The position numbers and the translations under genes were made by a program. 64,000 nucleotides of DNA from Nitriliruptoraceae bacterium (GTDB lineage: Bacteria; Actinomycetota; Nitriliruptoria; Nitriliruptorales; Nitriliruptoraceae). Location of the stretch: positions 29,200 to 93,199 of the forward strand of contig PWTE01000261.1 of assembly GCA_003563915.1 (NCBI GenBank), given 5' to 3'. Under the pieces are notes generated by a model, which worked only from the letters and a program-made list of their open reading frames with translations, was not told the origin of the DNA and did not search any database. Each line of letters starts with the position of its first letter. Position 1 is the stretch's first letter. Shown piece after piece: positions 45,117 through 55,265 of this stretch.

Positions 45117-46277
45117 GTGCTCGTTCTGGCGCAGGTGACGGAGGCCCAGGTGTGCGGCGAAGGGCCGGAGGCGCGGTGGTTGTGTCTGCTGGTCTTCCGC
45201 AGCACGGAGAACGACGTCCTGGCACGTGGCGCCGGCGGGGTCGCCACGCTGCTGGTCATCGCCGGCATCATCCTGCTTGCCTTCATCGCCTCGCGGCTGC
45301 TGCGCCGCTTCGTCGGCCGCATCGCCGGACGCATGGAGGCGAAGGTCGAGGAGCGCCTGGCGCAGGCCGTGGCGTCGGGAGCGATCACCGACACCCAGAA
45401 GTTCCGCACCCGCCGGCTCCAACGGCTCAAGGCCATCACCGGCGTGCTGCGCGGCGTCGTCGCGACCTTCGTGTGGATCGCGGCGATCCTGTGGATCATC
45501 TCGGAGCTCGGGATCCGGCTCCAGCCGATCCTCGCGGGTGCCGGGCTCCTCGGCATCATCATCGGGTTCGGCGCGCAGCAGCTGGTCCGCGACGTGCTGG
45601 CGGGGATCGCGATGCTGATCGAGGACCAGTACGGCGTCGGCGATTGGATCGAGGTCGACGGCATCATCGGCGAGGTGGAGCGGGTCGGCCTGCGCTCGCC
45701 CGCCTTCCGCGATATCGACGGCACGGTCCACCACGTGCTCAACGGCTACATCCAACGTGTCGGCAACCTCTCCAAGGAGTGGGCGCGAGCGACCTACGAC
45801 GTGCCCCTGGCGCTGGATGCCGACATCCCGACCGCGCGAGCCATCATCCACCAGGTGGCGACCGACCTGGCCGACGATCCCGTCTGGGGACGTGACATCC
45901 TCGAACCTCCCGAGATCTGGGGGGTCCAGGAGTTCGGACCGGAGGGGCTCCAGATCCGCGTCTCCCTGCGCACCAAGCCGCTGCGCAACTGGGACCTGAA
46001 GCGCCAGCTCCGTGAACGCCTCAAGGCGGCCTTCGAGGAGGCCGGCCTGCGCATGCCCAGTCAGCTGATCGAGCTCGGCGGCCAGCGGATCGGCTACCCC
46101 TTCCTGACCCGGGAGGTCGACGACGGTACGCGGGAGCTCGGCCCCCTGGAGACCGCTGCTGAGGAACGTCAGCCGCTGGTCCAGTCGACCACGGAGGACG
46201 ACACGGATGGGCCTCCGACCGGCGACCTGACCACCGAACTCCGTGCGGAGCAGGGTCCACGACCTCGACCGGACTGA
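45117..46277 (+). CDS. Mechanosensitive ion channel family protein (MscS-like)
   Basis: GGGAGGAG SD precedes GTG 45117. TM helices followed by the MscS beta-domain motif IEDQYGVGDWIEVDGIIGEVERVGLRS. Confidence 0.8.
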   Translation: MLVLAQVTEAQVCGEGPEARWLCLLVFRSTENDVLARGAGGVATLLVIAGIILLAFIASRLLRRFVGRIAGRMEAKVEERLAQAVASGAITDTQKFRTRRLQRLKAITGVLRGVVATFVWIAAILWIISELGIRLQPILAGAGLLGIIIGFGAQQLVRDVLAGIAMLIEDQYGVGDWIEVDGIIGEVERVGLRSPAFRDIDGTVHHVLNGYIQRVGNLSKEWARATYDVPLALDADIPTARAIIHQVATDLADDPVWGRDILEPPEIWGVQEFGPEGLQIRVSLRTKPLRNWDLKRQLRERLKAAFEEAGLRMPSQLIELGGQRIGYPFLTREVDDGTRELGPLETAAEERQPLVQSTTEDDTDGPPTGDLTTELRAEQGPRPRPD

Positions 46278-46295
46278 GAGCCGGCGGACCCGCTG

Positions 46296-49190
46296 TCACC
46301 CGGTGGGCAGCATCTCGCGCAGGAACTTGCCCGTGTAGCTGCCTGCCGTGGCCGCCCCCTCCTCCGGGGTGCCCTCGGCTACGACCAGTCCGCCGCCGAC
46401 CCCGCCTTCCGGTCCCAGGTCGATCAGGTGGTCGGCGGTCTTGATCACGTCCAGGTTGTGCTCGATCACGATGACCGTGTTGCCCTTCTCCACCAGCCGG
46501 TGCAGCACCTGCAACAGCCGTCGTACGTCCTCGAAGTGCAGACCGGTCGTGGGTTCGTCGAGGATGTAGACCGTCTGTCCGGTCGCACGCTTACGCAGTT
46601 CGCTGGCCAGCTTGACCCGCTGGGCCTCACCACCGGAGAGGGTCGTCGCGGGCTGGCCCAGGCGGACGTAGCCGAGTCCGACGTCGAACAGGGTCTGCAG
46701 GTGCGCGGCGATCGCCCGGTGGTTGCCGAAGAAGCCCAGGGCCTCCTCGACGGGCATGTCCAGGACCTCGGAGATGGTCCTGCCCTTGTAGTGCACCTCC
46801 AGGGTCTCACGGTTGTACCGCCGGCCCTTGCAGACCTCGCAGGGCACGTAGACGTCGGGCAGGAAGTGCATCTCGATGCGCAGCGTCCCGTCGCCGCGGC
46901 ACGACTCGCAACGACCGCCCTTGACGTTGAAGGAGAAGCGTCCCTGCTGGTAGCCGCGGACCTTGGCTTCCGGCGTCGTCGCGAACAGCTTGCGGACGTG
47001 GTCGAACACGCCGGTGTAGGTCGCCGGGTTCGATCGTGGCGTACGCCCGATCGGCGACTGGTCGACGACCACGGCCTTGTCGACCTGGTCGAGCCCGGTG
47101 GTCCGGTGGTGGCGCCCCGGCGCCTCACGCGAGGCGTAGACGTGGCGCATCAGCACCCGGGACAGGATGTCGTTGACCAGGGTCGACTTGCCCGAACCCG
47201 ACACCCCCGTGACACAGGTGAAGGTGCCGAGCGGGAAGGCCACCTCGAGGTCCCTGAGGTTGTTGGCGGCCGCACCGACGACGGTGACGGCCTGACCTGA
47301 GCCCGGACGGCGTTCCGTCGGGACGGGTATCGACCGCTCCCCCGCGAGGTATGCGCCGGTCAACGACCGACGGGTGAGACGCTTCAGGGCATCCACCGAC
47401 CCCGAGTGCACGATCTCTCCGCCGTGCTCGCCCGCCCCGGGCCCGATATCGACGACGTGGTCCGCCGCTTCGATCGTCGCCTCGTCGTGCTCGACGACGA
47501 TCAGGGTGTTGCCCAGGTCACGGAGCCGCAGCAGGGTCTCGATCAGCCGCTCGTTGTCCCGCTGGTGCAGCCCGATCGAGGGTTCGTCCAGGACGTACAG
47601 GACCCCGACGAGCCCGGCACCGATCTGCGTCGCCAGCCGGATGCGTTGCGCCTCGCCCCCCGACAGCGACCCGGCGGAACGGTCCAGGGTCAGGTACTCC
47701 AGCCCTACGTCGAGGAGGAAGCGGAGCCGCGCGCGGATCTCCTTCAGGACCCGGGCACCGATCAGCTCCTCGCGCTCGGTCAGGTCCAGGTCCTGCACGA
47801 AGGTCTCTGCGTCGGCGACCGACAGCCCGGTCAGCTCGGCGATGCTGCGCCCGCCCACCGTGACCCCGAGCACGAGGGGTTTCAGTCGCTTGCCGTCACA
47901 GGCCGGACACGGCACCTCGCGCATGTACTGCTCGACCTGCTGGCGCACGTGATCGGAGTCCGTCTCCCCGTGGCGGCGGAGCAGCGACGGCAGCACGCCC
48001 TCGATCCGCGCCTTGTAGGAGCGCCTGCGGCCATAACGGTTGGTGTACGAGACGTGGACGCGCTCGTCCAGACCGTGGAGCACCGCATCGCGGACGTCGT
48101 CGTCCAGGTCCTGCCACGGGGTGGTGGGGTCCCCGCCCAGGTGGAGAACCGTCGCGCGGAGCAGTTGGCGGTAGTAGTTCGACTGGGCCCCGGTCCCCCA
48201 CGGCAGGACCACGCCCTCATCGACGGACAACGCCGGATCGCCGACGACCAGTTCGGGATCGACCGTCAGCTGCGTCCCGAGGCCGGAACAGGTCTCGCAC
48301 GCGCCGTACGGGGAGTTGAAGGAGAAGTTGCGCGGGGCGAGCTGATCGAAGCTGATCCCGCAGTGGGTGCAGGCGAGGTGCTCCGAGAAGGTGAGTTCCT
48401 CGGCATGCGGCACGGGCTCACCGGCCGCTTCCGCAGCCTCGATCGCGTCACGTGACGGCAGCACCTCGATCATCGCGACCCCATCGGCGAGCTGCAGCGC
48501 CGTCTCGATCGAGTCGGCCAGCCGCCGTCGGATGTCCTCCTTCTTCACCAGGCGGTCGACGACCACCTCGATGTCGTGCTTGAGGTTCTTCTCGAGCTTG
48601 GGGACCTCGTCGATCGGGTGGACCTCACCGTCCACCCGCACGCGGGCGTAGCCGTCGGTCGACAGCTGCTGGAACAGCGCGCCGTACTCGCCCTTGCGGC
48701 CGCGCACCACGGGGGCGAGCACCTGGAACCGGGTCCCCGTCGGCAGCTCGTGGACCTGGTCGACGATCTGCTCCGCGGTCTGCCGCGCGATCGGCCGGCC
48801 GCATTCCGGGCAGTGGGGTTGGCCGATCCGCGCGTACAGCAGGCGGAGGTAGTCGTAGATCTCGGTGATCGTGCCCACGGTCGACCGGGGGTTGCGCGAG
48901 GTCGACTTCTGATCGATCGAGATCGCCGGGGACAGCCCGTCGATGAAGTCGACGTCGGGCTTGTCCATCTGTCCGAGGAACTGCCGCGCGTAGGCGGACA
49001 GGGACTCGACGTAACGGCGCTGCCCCTCCGCGTAGATCGTGTCGAAGGCCAGGCTGGACTTCCCGGACCCGGACAGGCCCGTGAAGACGATCAGGCTGTC
49101 GCGCGGGATCTCGAGGTCGATGTCCTTGAGGTTGTGCTCGCGGGCACCACGCACCGTGATGTGATCGCGATGGGAGGTGGCTCGTGCCAC
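46296..49190 (-). CDS. uvrA: Excinuclease ABC subunit A
   Basis: [50 protein letters not shown], zinc modules (CPECG, CPACDG, CEVCKG) and two ABC modules. The start is provisionally GTG 49190. Confidence 0.93.
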   Translation of the reverse strand: MARATSHRDHITVRGAREHNLKDIDLEIPRDSLIVFTGLSGSGKSSLAFDTIYAEGQRRYVESLSAYARQFLGQMDKPDVDFIDGLSPAISIDQKSTSRNPRSTVGTITEIYDYLRLLYARIGQPHCPECGRPIARQTAEQIVDQVHELPTGTRFQVLAPVVRGRKGEYGALFQQLSTDGYARVRVDGEVHPIDEVPKLEKNLKHDIEVVVDRLVKKEDIRRRLADSIETALQLADGVAMIEVLPSRDAIEAAEAAGEPVPHAEELTFSEHLACTHCGISFDQLAPRNFSFNSPYGACETCSGLGTQLTVDPELVVGDPALSVDEGVVLPWGTGAQSNYYRQLLRATVLHLGGDPTTPWQDLDDDVRDAVLHGLDERVHVSYTNRYGRRRSYKARIEGVLPSLLRRHGETDSDHVRQQVEQYMREVPCPACDGKRLKPLVLGVTVGGRSIAELTGLSVADAETFVQDLDLTEREELIGARVLKEIRARLRFLLDVGLEYLTLDRSAGSLSGGEAQRIRLATQIGAGLVGVLYVLDEPSIGLHQRDNERLIETLLRLRDLGNTLIVVEHDEATIEAADHVVDIGPGAGEHGGEIVHSGSVDALKRLTRRSLTGAYLAGERSIPVPTERRPGSGQAVTVVGAAANNLRDLEVAFPLGTFTCVTGVSGSGKSTLVNDILSRVLMRHVYASREAPGRHHRTTGLDQVDKAVVVDQSPIGRTPRSNPATYTGVFDHVRKLFATTPEAKVRGYQQGRFSFNVKGGRCESCRGDGTLRIEMHFLPDVYVPCEVCKGRRYNRETLEVHYKGRTISEVLDMPVEEALGFFGNHRAIAAHLQTLFDVGLGYVRLGQPATTLSGGEAQRVKLASELRKRATGQTVYILDEPTTGLHFEDVRRLLQVLHRLVEKGNTVIVIEHNLDVIKTADHLIDLGPEGGVGGGLVVAEGTPEEGAATAGSYTGKFLREMLPTG

Positions 49191-49336
49191 AGGACGACCT
49201 CGAGGTGCAACGGAGCTGACGGGATCCGAGGGGCTCGGCGCGCCACGTCGGCGGGGGAAGCGGTGGTGGCACCGGGCCGTACGCGACCGCGCCGAGGGTA
49301 GCGCCGCCGAGAGCCTAGCTCGGCTCCCCGCGGAGG

Positions 49337-49352
49337 TCGAACACCCGTTCGT
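49337..49352. promoter_or_regulatory. Candidate LexA SOS box in the uvrA/ldhA divergent region
   Basis: TCGAACacccGTTCGt matches the actinobacterial consensus TCGAAC-N4-GTTCGA at 11 of 12 positions. It lies 147 nt upstream of the proposed uvrA start and 101 nt upstream of the ldhA-like start. Confidence 0.5.
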
Positions 49353-49452
49353 TCCGGCCGCCTGGCTGCTGGCCCCACGAGACGATCCGAACGCGCCTAC
49401 CCTCGGAGCCGAGACGGAACCTGCCCGATCTGCCGCTGCCGAAGGGGACCCC

Positions 49453-50475
49453 GTGCGCATCGCGATGTTCAGCGCCCGCTCCTATGACCGTCGCTTCTTC
49501 TCCGAGGTCGCCGAGCAGGAGGGGCACGACCTCACCTTCCTCGAGGCACGACTCGACCGCCAGACCGTCACCCTCGCCGAGGGCTACGACGCGGTGTGCA
49601 TCTTCGTCAACGACACCGCCGACGAGGAGGTGCTGGCGGCCCTGGCAGCGGGCGGTACGAAGCTGCTCCTCCTGCGCTCCGCTGGGTTCAACCACGTCGA
49701 CCTCGCCGCCGCCGAGGAGCACCACCTCACGGTGTCCCGCGTCCCGGCGTACTCGCCGTACGCCGTCGCCGAGCACACGGTCGCCCTGATGCTGGCCGTC
49801 GAACGCCGCCTGCACCGGGCGTACAACCGGGTACGTGAGGGCAACTTCGCGCTGGACGGACTCCTGGGCTTCGACCTGCGCAACAAGCGGATCGGCATCG
49901 TGGGCACCGGCAAGATCGGTGAGATCGTGGCACGGATCATGCGCGGCTTCGGCTGCTCGCTGCGCGCCTACGATCCCTACCCGAACGACAACGTCCGGGA
50001 CTACGGGGTCCGCTACGTCGATCTCGACACGATGTTCGAGGAGTGCGACGTCATCACGCTGCACTGTCCGCTGACCCCCGACACCCACCACCTCATCGAT
50101 GCCGACGCGATCGCGAAGATGAAGCCGGGTGTGATGATCATCAACACCTCACGCGGCGCACTGGTCGACACCCGCGCGGCGATCGAGGGGCTGAAGTCCG
50201 GGCAGATCGGTCACCTGGCCCTGGACGTCTACGAGGAGGAAGGCGACCTGTTCTTCGAGGACCTCTCCGACCGGGTGATCCAGGACGATGTCTTCTCGCG
50301 CCTGCTGACCTTTCCCAACGTGTTCATCACCGCCCACCAGGCGTTCTTCACCGAGGAGGCGCTGCGCAACATCGCGGAGACGACGCTCGGCAACGCGAGG
50401 GCGTTCGAGCAGGGCGAGCGCTCGGGCAACGAGCTGACCCGCGAAGAGGTCCTCGGCGACCCACAGAAGGCTTGA
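49453..50475 (+). CDS. D-isomer-specific 2-hydroxyacid dehydrogenase (D-lactate dehydrogenase-like)
   Basis: GTG 49453 gives (M)[15 protein letters not shown], an LdhA-like N-terminus. [10 protein letters not shown] Rossmann motif and the R...E...H catalytic region (NTSRG...TAHQAF). Confidence 0.85.
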   Translation: MRIAMFSARSYDRRFFSEVAEQEGHDLTFLEARLDRQTVTLAEGYDAVCIFVNDTADEEVLAALAAGGTKLLLLRSAGFNHVDLAAAEEHHLTVSRVPAYSPYAVAEHTVALMLAVERRLHRAYNRVREGNFALDGLLGFDLRNKRIGIVGTGKIGEIVARIMRGFGCSLRAYDPYPNDNVRDYGVRYVDLDTMFEECDVITLHCPLTPDTHHLIDADAIAKMKPGVMIINTSRGALVDTRAAIEGLKSGQIGHLALDVYEEEGDLFFEDLSDRVIQDDVFSRLLTFPNVFITAHQAFFTEEALRNIAETTLGNARAFEQGERSGNELTREEVLGDPQKA

Positions 50476-50492
50476 GGATGCAGGAGGACGGT

Positions 50493-51143
50493 ATGACCTA
50501 CACCGGCCACGTCGAGCCCGACGGTCCCTGGCAGGACCGTCAGGACGGACCCGTGCACCTGCGCAAGCTGTCCGTCGAGGAGTTCGACAACAACGTCTAC
50601 GTGGTGAGTTGCGCGCGGACCGGCGAGGCCCTGCTGGTCGACGTCGCCGCCCGGCCCGAGCGGCTGGCGGAGGCGGTCGCCGACGTGGAGCCGCTCGCCG
50701 CCGTGCAGACCCACGGCCACTGGGACCACATCCGGGCGTGGGACGGGGTCCGCGACGACCTGGGGCTCCCGGTGTGGGGGCACCCGGGGGACGCCGAACT
50801 GTTCCCCCGGCCGGTCGACCGTGAGCTCCACGGCGGCGAGGTCCTGGAGGTCGGAGACCTCGAGGTGGAGGTGATCCACCTGCCCGGACACACCGAGGGA
50901 TCCCTGCTGTACCTCGTCACGGGTGACGAGCGGCCCCACCTCCTCACGGGAGACACGCTCTTCCCCGGCGGTCACGGACGGACGACATCGGACGAGGACC
51001 ACCACCGGATCATGGACGGGCTCGAAGCCAAGATCTTCGACCGTCTACCCGACGAGACCTGGGTCTACCCCGGGCACGGCGACGACACGACGCTCGGAGC
51101 CGAGCGACCGCACCTCGACGAGTGGCGCGAACGCGGTTGGTGA
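50493..51143 (+). CDS. MBL-fold metallo-hydrolase (glyoxalase II-like)
   Basis: AGGAGG lies 5 nt before ATG 50493. THGHWDH (HxHxDH) and a downstream PGHT. The family is commonly seen beside uvrA in Actinobacteria. Confidence 0.8.
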   Translation: MTYTGHVEPDGPWQDRQDGPVHLRKLSVEEFDNNVYVVSCARTGEALLVDVAARPERLAEAVADVEPLAAVQTHGHWDHIRAWDGVRDDLGLPVWGHPGDAELFPRPVDRELHGGEVLEVGDLEVEVIHLPGHTEGSLLYLVTGDERPHLLTGDTLFPGGHGRTTSDEDHHRIMDGLEAKIFDRLPDETWVYPGHGDDTTLGAERPHLDEWRERGW

Positions 51144-51156
51144 GGTGTCGGGTCGC

Positions 51157-51549
51157 TCAGGTGGGCCAGCTCGCGACACCGATCGCGGCCAGGACCAGGA
51201 TGAAGCTCAGCACCAGCCCGCGGCCGGCCAACCGGTGCGCGTCGACGGCCATCTGCGTCTTGCGGGCGCGACCGAGGAGCGCCTGTCCCACCCCGATGGC
51301 CACGATCGCCAGGACCGGGTGGACGTAGGTGATCAGTGGCCCATGTCCGTCCCAGTAGCCGCCGATCCCGTAGAGCACGAGACCGATCAGGATCTGCAGC
51401 GCAAGGAGCGCGAACGCTCCCCGGTACAGGCCGGGCTCGAACTCGCGGGCAGCCTTGGCTCGCCCGAACGCGATGAACGCCGCGACCAGCACGAACACGG
51501 AGACCAGGTAGCCGGTCCACTGGTGGATCAGGAGCAGGTTCGACAGCAC
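51157..51549 (-). CDS. Hypothetical integral membrane protein (4 predicted TM helices)
   Basis: 130 aa and strongly hydrophobic. It follows the ABC-2 operon on the same strand. No family recognised. Confidence 0.5.
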   Translation of the reverse strand: MLSNLLLIHQWTGYLVSVFVLVAAFIAFGRAKAAREFEPGLYRGAFALLALQILIGLVLYGIGGYWDGHGPLITYVHPVLAIVAIGVGQALLGRARKTQMAVDAHRLAGRGLVLSFILVLAAIGVASWPT

Positions 51550-51614
51550 GGGGTCCTCGCGACGGTGAGGGAGGCTCGCCTGCGCAGACTAGCGGCGACG
51601 GGCACCTGGCCCCA

Positions 51615-52799
51615 TCAGCGGGTGATCGCCCGTCGCAGCAACCATGTCGCGAGCAGGAGCAGCCCAGCGGCCATGGCCGCCAGCGCACCCAGTTCGACCG
51701 CGACGTCGGCGACCGTCCCGTCACGACGGACGATCTCGGCCATAGCCGTGTTCGCCCACCCGTGCGGGGTGAGCAGTGCCACGCGCCGCATGCCCTCCGG
51801 GAAGAAGTCCAACAGCACCATCGACCCGCCGAGCGCCGCCGTCACCAACCCGATGCCGACGCCAGCACCCGACGCCTGGGCATCGTTGCGGAACAGCGCA
51901 CCCAACACCATGCCCGCCGCCGCCGAGACCAGACAGAACAGCAGGACCAGCAGCCCGGTGGTGAGCGGGTCGCCCCAGTCCACCCGGAACGCCACCGCGG
52001 TCAGGACGATGATGTACAGGGCCTGGAACAGTGCGATAGCGAGCCGTCCACCTCCGATGCCCGCGAGGATCACCGGCAGCCGTGTCGGGGTCGACAGCAT
52101 CCGTGACGCGACCCCGTACTGGCGGGTCTGGATCAACGCACCGCTTCCCGCCAACGAGGTCAGGAACACGAACAGGAACAGCTGACTGGATGCTCCCAGG
52201 TCGAACTGTCCGAGCGCCTGCAACTCCTGGGTCAGTTCGTCGCCGCCGACCTGCTCGGTCGTGACCTCGACGCGTGGAAGCTCGCTACGGACCTGGGTGG
52301 CCACGGGGAGCAGGTCCGTCACCGATGCACCCAAGGTCTCCGCGGCATCGCGTGCGGCCGCGGTGGTGACGGTCTGCTCTGCCACCTCGGCTGCGACGAT
52401 GGCGCGCAGCGAGCCGCTCCCCGGATCCGGTCGGCCGACGAACCCGATGTCGATCCGTTCACCCTGTTCGAGGGCCGCGCCGTACCCGCTGGGGACCACG
52501 ATGCCCCCGGAGAGGTTGGCGCGCGAGACCAGGTCGGTCAGGCCCTCCTGGTCGTCGACCTCGACCACCGAGAGCCCGTCCGCAGCGTCCAGCCGCTCGA
52601 CCAGATCCCGGGCCGCGTCGTCCTCCACCTCCAGCACGACGCCGAGCTGGGTCCCGGTCTGCCCCCCGAACTGCAGGCCGATGAACACGATCAGCGCGAG
52701 CGGGAGGATGAAGACGAAGAAGACGTTCCCCTTCTCCCGCAGGAAGCGGCGCAGTTCGACCCGGGCGATGGTCGCGACGTTCCCGAGCGAGCCACTCAT
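51615..52799 (-). CDS. ABC-2 type transporter permease
   Basis: ATG 52799 overlaps the upstream stop as ATGA. One N-terminal TM helix, a large extracytoplasmic loop, then a C-terminal bundle of 5 TM helices, as in ABC-2/YhgE-like permeases. Confidence 0.75.
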   Translation of the reverse strand: MSGSLGNVATIARVELRRFLREKGNVFFVFILPLALIVFIGLQFGGQTGTQLGVVLEVEDDAARDLVERLDAADGLSVVEVDDQEGLTDLVSRANLSGGIVVPSGYGAALEQGERIDIGFVGRPDPGSGSLRAIVAAEVAEQTVTTAAARDAAETLGASVTDLLPVATQVRSELPRVEVTTEQVGGDELTQELQALGQFDLGASSQLFLFVFLTSLAGSGALIQTRQYGVASRMLSTPTRLPVILAGIGGGRLAIALFQALYIIVLTAVAFRVDWGDPLTTGLLVLLFCLVSAAAGMVLGALFRNDAQASGAGVGIGLVTAALGGSMVLLDFFPEGMRRVALLTPHGWANTAMAEIVRRDGTVADVAVELGALAAMAAGLLLLATWLLRRAITR

Positions 52800-53983
52800 G
52801 AGGTTGCCCTCCACGTCCGAAGGATCCCGGGGATCGCGGTGACCACGCCGAAGGCGACCAGCGCAGCCGCGGCGGGAAGGACCGCCGCGACCGTCTGCTC
52901 ACCGGCCAGGTCACCCAACCCGCGGAGGAACCAGCCGTGCGGCGAGGCCAACGCCAGCTGCCCGAGGATGCCCGCACCGACGGGGAAGAACACACCACCG
53001 ATCAGTCCGAGCACGAGCGCGACGATCGACTGCAGGTTGCCGGCCTGCTCCACGGTCTTCGCGAAGGAGCCAACGAGGGCCATCACCCCGAGCGACGCGA
53101 TCACCGCCGCCACGACCAGGACCCCGACCCCGACGATGCCCTGAGAGGTCGCCGGTCCCCATGGAGCACCCAGGAACAGGTCGCTGGCGAGCGCCAGGAC
53201 CAGCATCGAGACGATCCCCAGGACGAACGCCCCGAGGGCCTTGCCCAGGTGGATCGCCGGCAGGCTGATCGGCGCCGCCAGCAGACGGGGCAACGTGCCC
53301 TGCTGTCCCTCTTCGAGGTAGCCGGTGATCCCGAAGGTCACCGTGAAGAACAGGAAGAAGATCGCCATGCCTGCGGCGAGGTAGCTCGTCGGGTCGAGCT
53401 GTCGGTCCGCGGCGATGAGCTCCTCGATCCCGACGATGGCGTCGGCAGCTGCAGCGCGATCCGCCAGTGCCTCCAGCTCCGCCTGCGGCAACTGGCCCCG
53501 GGCTGCGGTCGCAGCCGTCGCCACGGTCAGCGACACGCGGTCCAGCTGGGTGCGGTACCCGTCGGCGATACCCCGAGCGACCTCGGCTGACAGCGCACGG
53601 TCGGGGTTGACCAGCACCCGTAGCTCACCACCGTCTCCGGAGGTCACCTGTGCGGTGAAGCCGGCCGGGATCACCCACGCGGCGGCTACCTCGCCGTCCT
53701 CGATGGCGGTGCGGGCGGCGGCCTCGTCAGGGAAGCTGGTCGCGGTGACGAAGCCCTCACCCTCGAGTTCCGGGACCACTCCTTCCGTGAATCCGGCGGC
53801 CACGTCGCCGCCATCGAGGTCGACGATGCCGGCACTGAGCTGGAAGTCCGTCTGGTCCGGGAAGATCTGGGAGAAGACGAAGGTCAGGGCGACCGGGACC
53901 ACGAACGCGAAGATCCACACGCTGCGATCACGCAGCCGCAGGCGGGCGTCCTTCGCGACGATCAGCAGGGCAGCGCGGATCAT
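52796..53983 (-). CDS. ABC-2 type transporter permease
   Basis: 395 aa with the same architecture as its neighbour. Starts 2 nt after the ATPase stop. Confidence 0.75.
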   Translation of the reverse strand: MIRAALLIVAKDARLRLRDRSVWIFAFVVPVALTFVFSQIFPDQTDFQLSAGIVDLDGGDVAAGFTEGVVPELEGEGFVTATSFPDEAAARTAIEDGEVAAAWVIPAGFTAQVTSGDGGELRVLVNPDRALSAEVARGIADGYRTQLDRVSLTVATAATAARGQLPQAELEALADRAAAADAIVGIEELIAADRQLDPTSYLAAGMAIFFLFFTVTFGITGYLEEGQQGTLPRLLAAPISLPAIHLGKALGAFVLGIVSMLVLALASDLFLGAPWGPATSQGIVGVGVLVVAAVIASLGVMALVGSFAKTVEQAGNLQSIVALVLGLIGGVFFPVGAGILGQLALASPHGWFLRGLGDLAGEQTVAAVLPAAAALVAFGVVTAIPGILRTWRATS

Positions 53984-53985
53984 GG

Positions 53986-54924
53986 TCAGTCCCGCAGGGC
54001 GCGGCCGGTCAGGTGGAGGAACACGTCCTCCAGGTCCGGCTCCTTGACCTCGACCCCGGCGACCGACGCGTCGGCGCTGGCCACCGCGGACAGCAGGGCC
54101 GGCAACCTCGATGCTGCCTGGTCCACCAGGCAGACGACCTGATCGTCCTCCGCGTCCGAGGAGCTGACCCCTTCGACCTGGTCGCAGGCCGTCGCCGCGG
54201 CAGTGACGTCACCGGTGATCTTCAGGCGCACGAGATCCTGTTCGCCGATCGTGGCGATCAGCTCTCGTCGGGTTCCCTCGGCGACCAGCAGGCCCTGGTC
54301 GATGATGCCGATGCGGTCGCAGAGCCGCTCGGCCTCCTCCATGTAGTGGGTCGTGTAGAGCACCGACATCCCGTCGGTGGCCAGGTTCTCGACCGACTCG
54401 AGGATGGCATTGCGGGACTGAGGATCGACGCCGACGGTGGGTTCGTCCAGGATCAACAGGCGGGGCTCGTGGAGCATCCCGATGCCGATGTTCAGCCGCC
54501 GCTTCATCCCGCCCGAGTACGTCCCGGCGCGGTCCTTCTGTCGATCGGTGAGCCCGATCACCTCGAGGATCTGGTCGATGCGTTGGGTCCGCCGGTCACG
54601 ATCGAGCCCGTAGAGGCGCGCGAAGAAGTCGAGGTTCTCCCGCGCCGTGAGGTCGGGGTACAGGGCGAGGTCCTGAGGGACGAGTCCGACGTGTTGCTTG
54701 GCCCCGTTGGCGCGGGGGGTCATCCGCTCGCCGGCGATGTGGACCTCCCCAGCGTCCGCTTGCAGCAGGCCGGCGATCATCGAGATCGAGGTGGTCTTGC
54801 CCGCCCCGTTCGGCCCGAGGAGCCCATAGGTCTCGCCTTGTCCGACCTGGAAGCTGACCCCGTCGACGGCGGTGAGCTTGCCGAACGACCGGCGCAGGCC
54901 CTCGCAGGTGAGCAGCGCTTCCAC
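53986..54924 (-). CDS. ABC transporter ATP-binding protein (DrrA/CcmA-like, partner of the ABC-2 permeases)
   Basis: GPNGAGKTT Walker A, YSGGMKRRLNIGIGM signature, LILDEPTVGVD Walker B. Confidence 0.9.
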   Translation of the reverse strand: MEALLTCEGLRRSFGKLTAVDGVSFQVGQGETYGLLGPNGAGKTTSISMIAGLLQADAGEVHIAGERMTPRANGAKQHVGLVPQDLALYPDLTARENLDFFARLYGLDRDRRTQRIDQILEVIGLTDRQKDRAGTYSGGMKRRLNIGIGMLHEPRLLILDEPTVGVDPQSRNAILESVENLATDGMSVLYTTHYMEEAERLCDRIGIIDQGLLVAEGTRRELIATIGEQDLVRLKITGDVTAAATACDQVEGVSSSDAEDDQVVCLVDQAASRLPALLSAVASADASVAGVEVKEPDLEDVFLHLTGRALRD

Positions 54925-55265
54925 GTCGACCTCCTGTGGCCTCGAAGGGACCCCGCACGCTCCGGAGGCACCCCGTGCCCCCGAACGTCGCCTGCGGCGA
55001 GACGAACACTAGGACCGGAGAGTGCTTCCGTCGTCCTCCGCCAGGACGATGTCGCCCCCTTCGCAGGGTGGACGCGTCAGTTCATCGTCCCGGCGGCTCA
55101 CACCTTGGATATCCACAAGCTCCAGAGGTCCACGGTTGCCATGTCGCAACCCCGTGGCACGATACCACCAAGAACCCGAACACACGTTCGCTACATCGGT
55201 ACCGGTTGCCGGTCTCAGAACCGACTCTGAGCGGGCGAGATCGTGGAGACGTCAGGGAGGTGATC

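Noticed and set aside
44457-45851. 464-aa minus-strand ORF crossing the uvrC/mscS divergent region
   Set aside because: It is out of frame with uvrC and antisense to mscS. It would delete the promoter region and has no motif.
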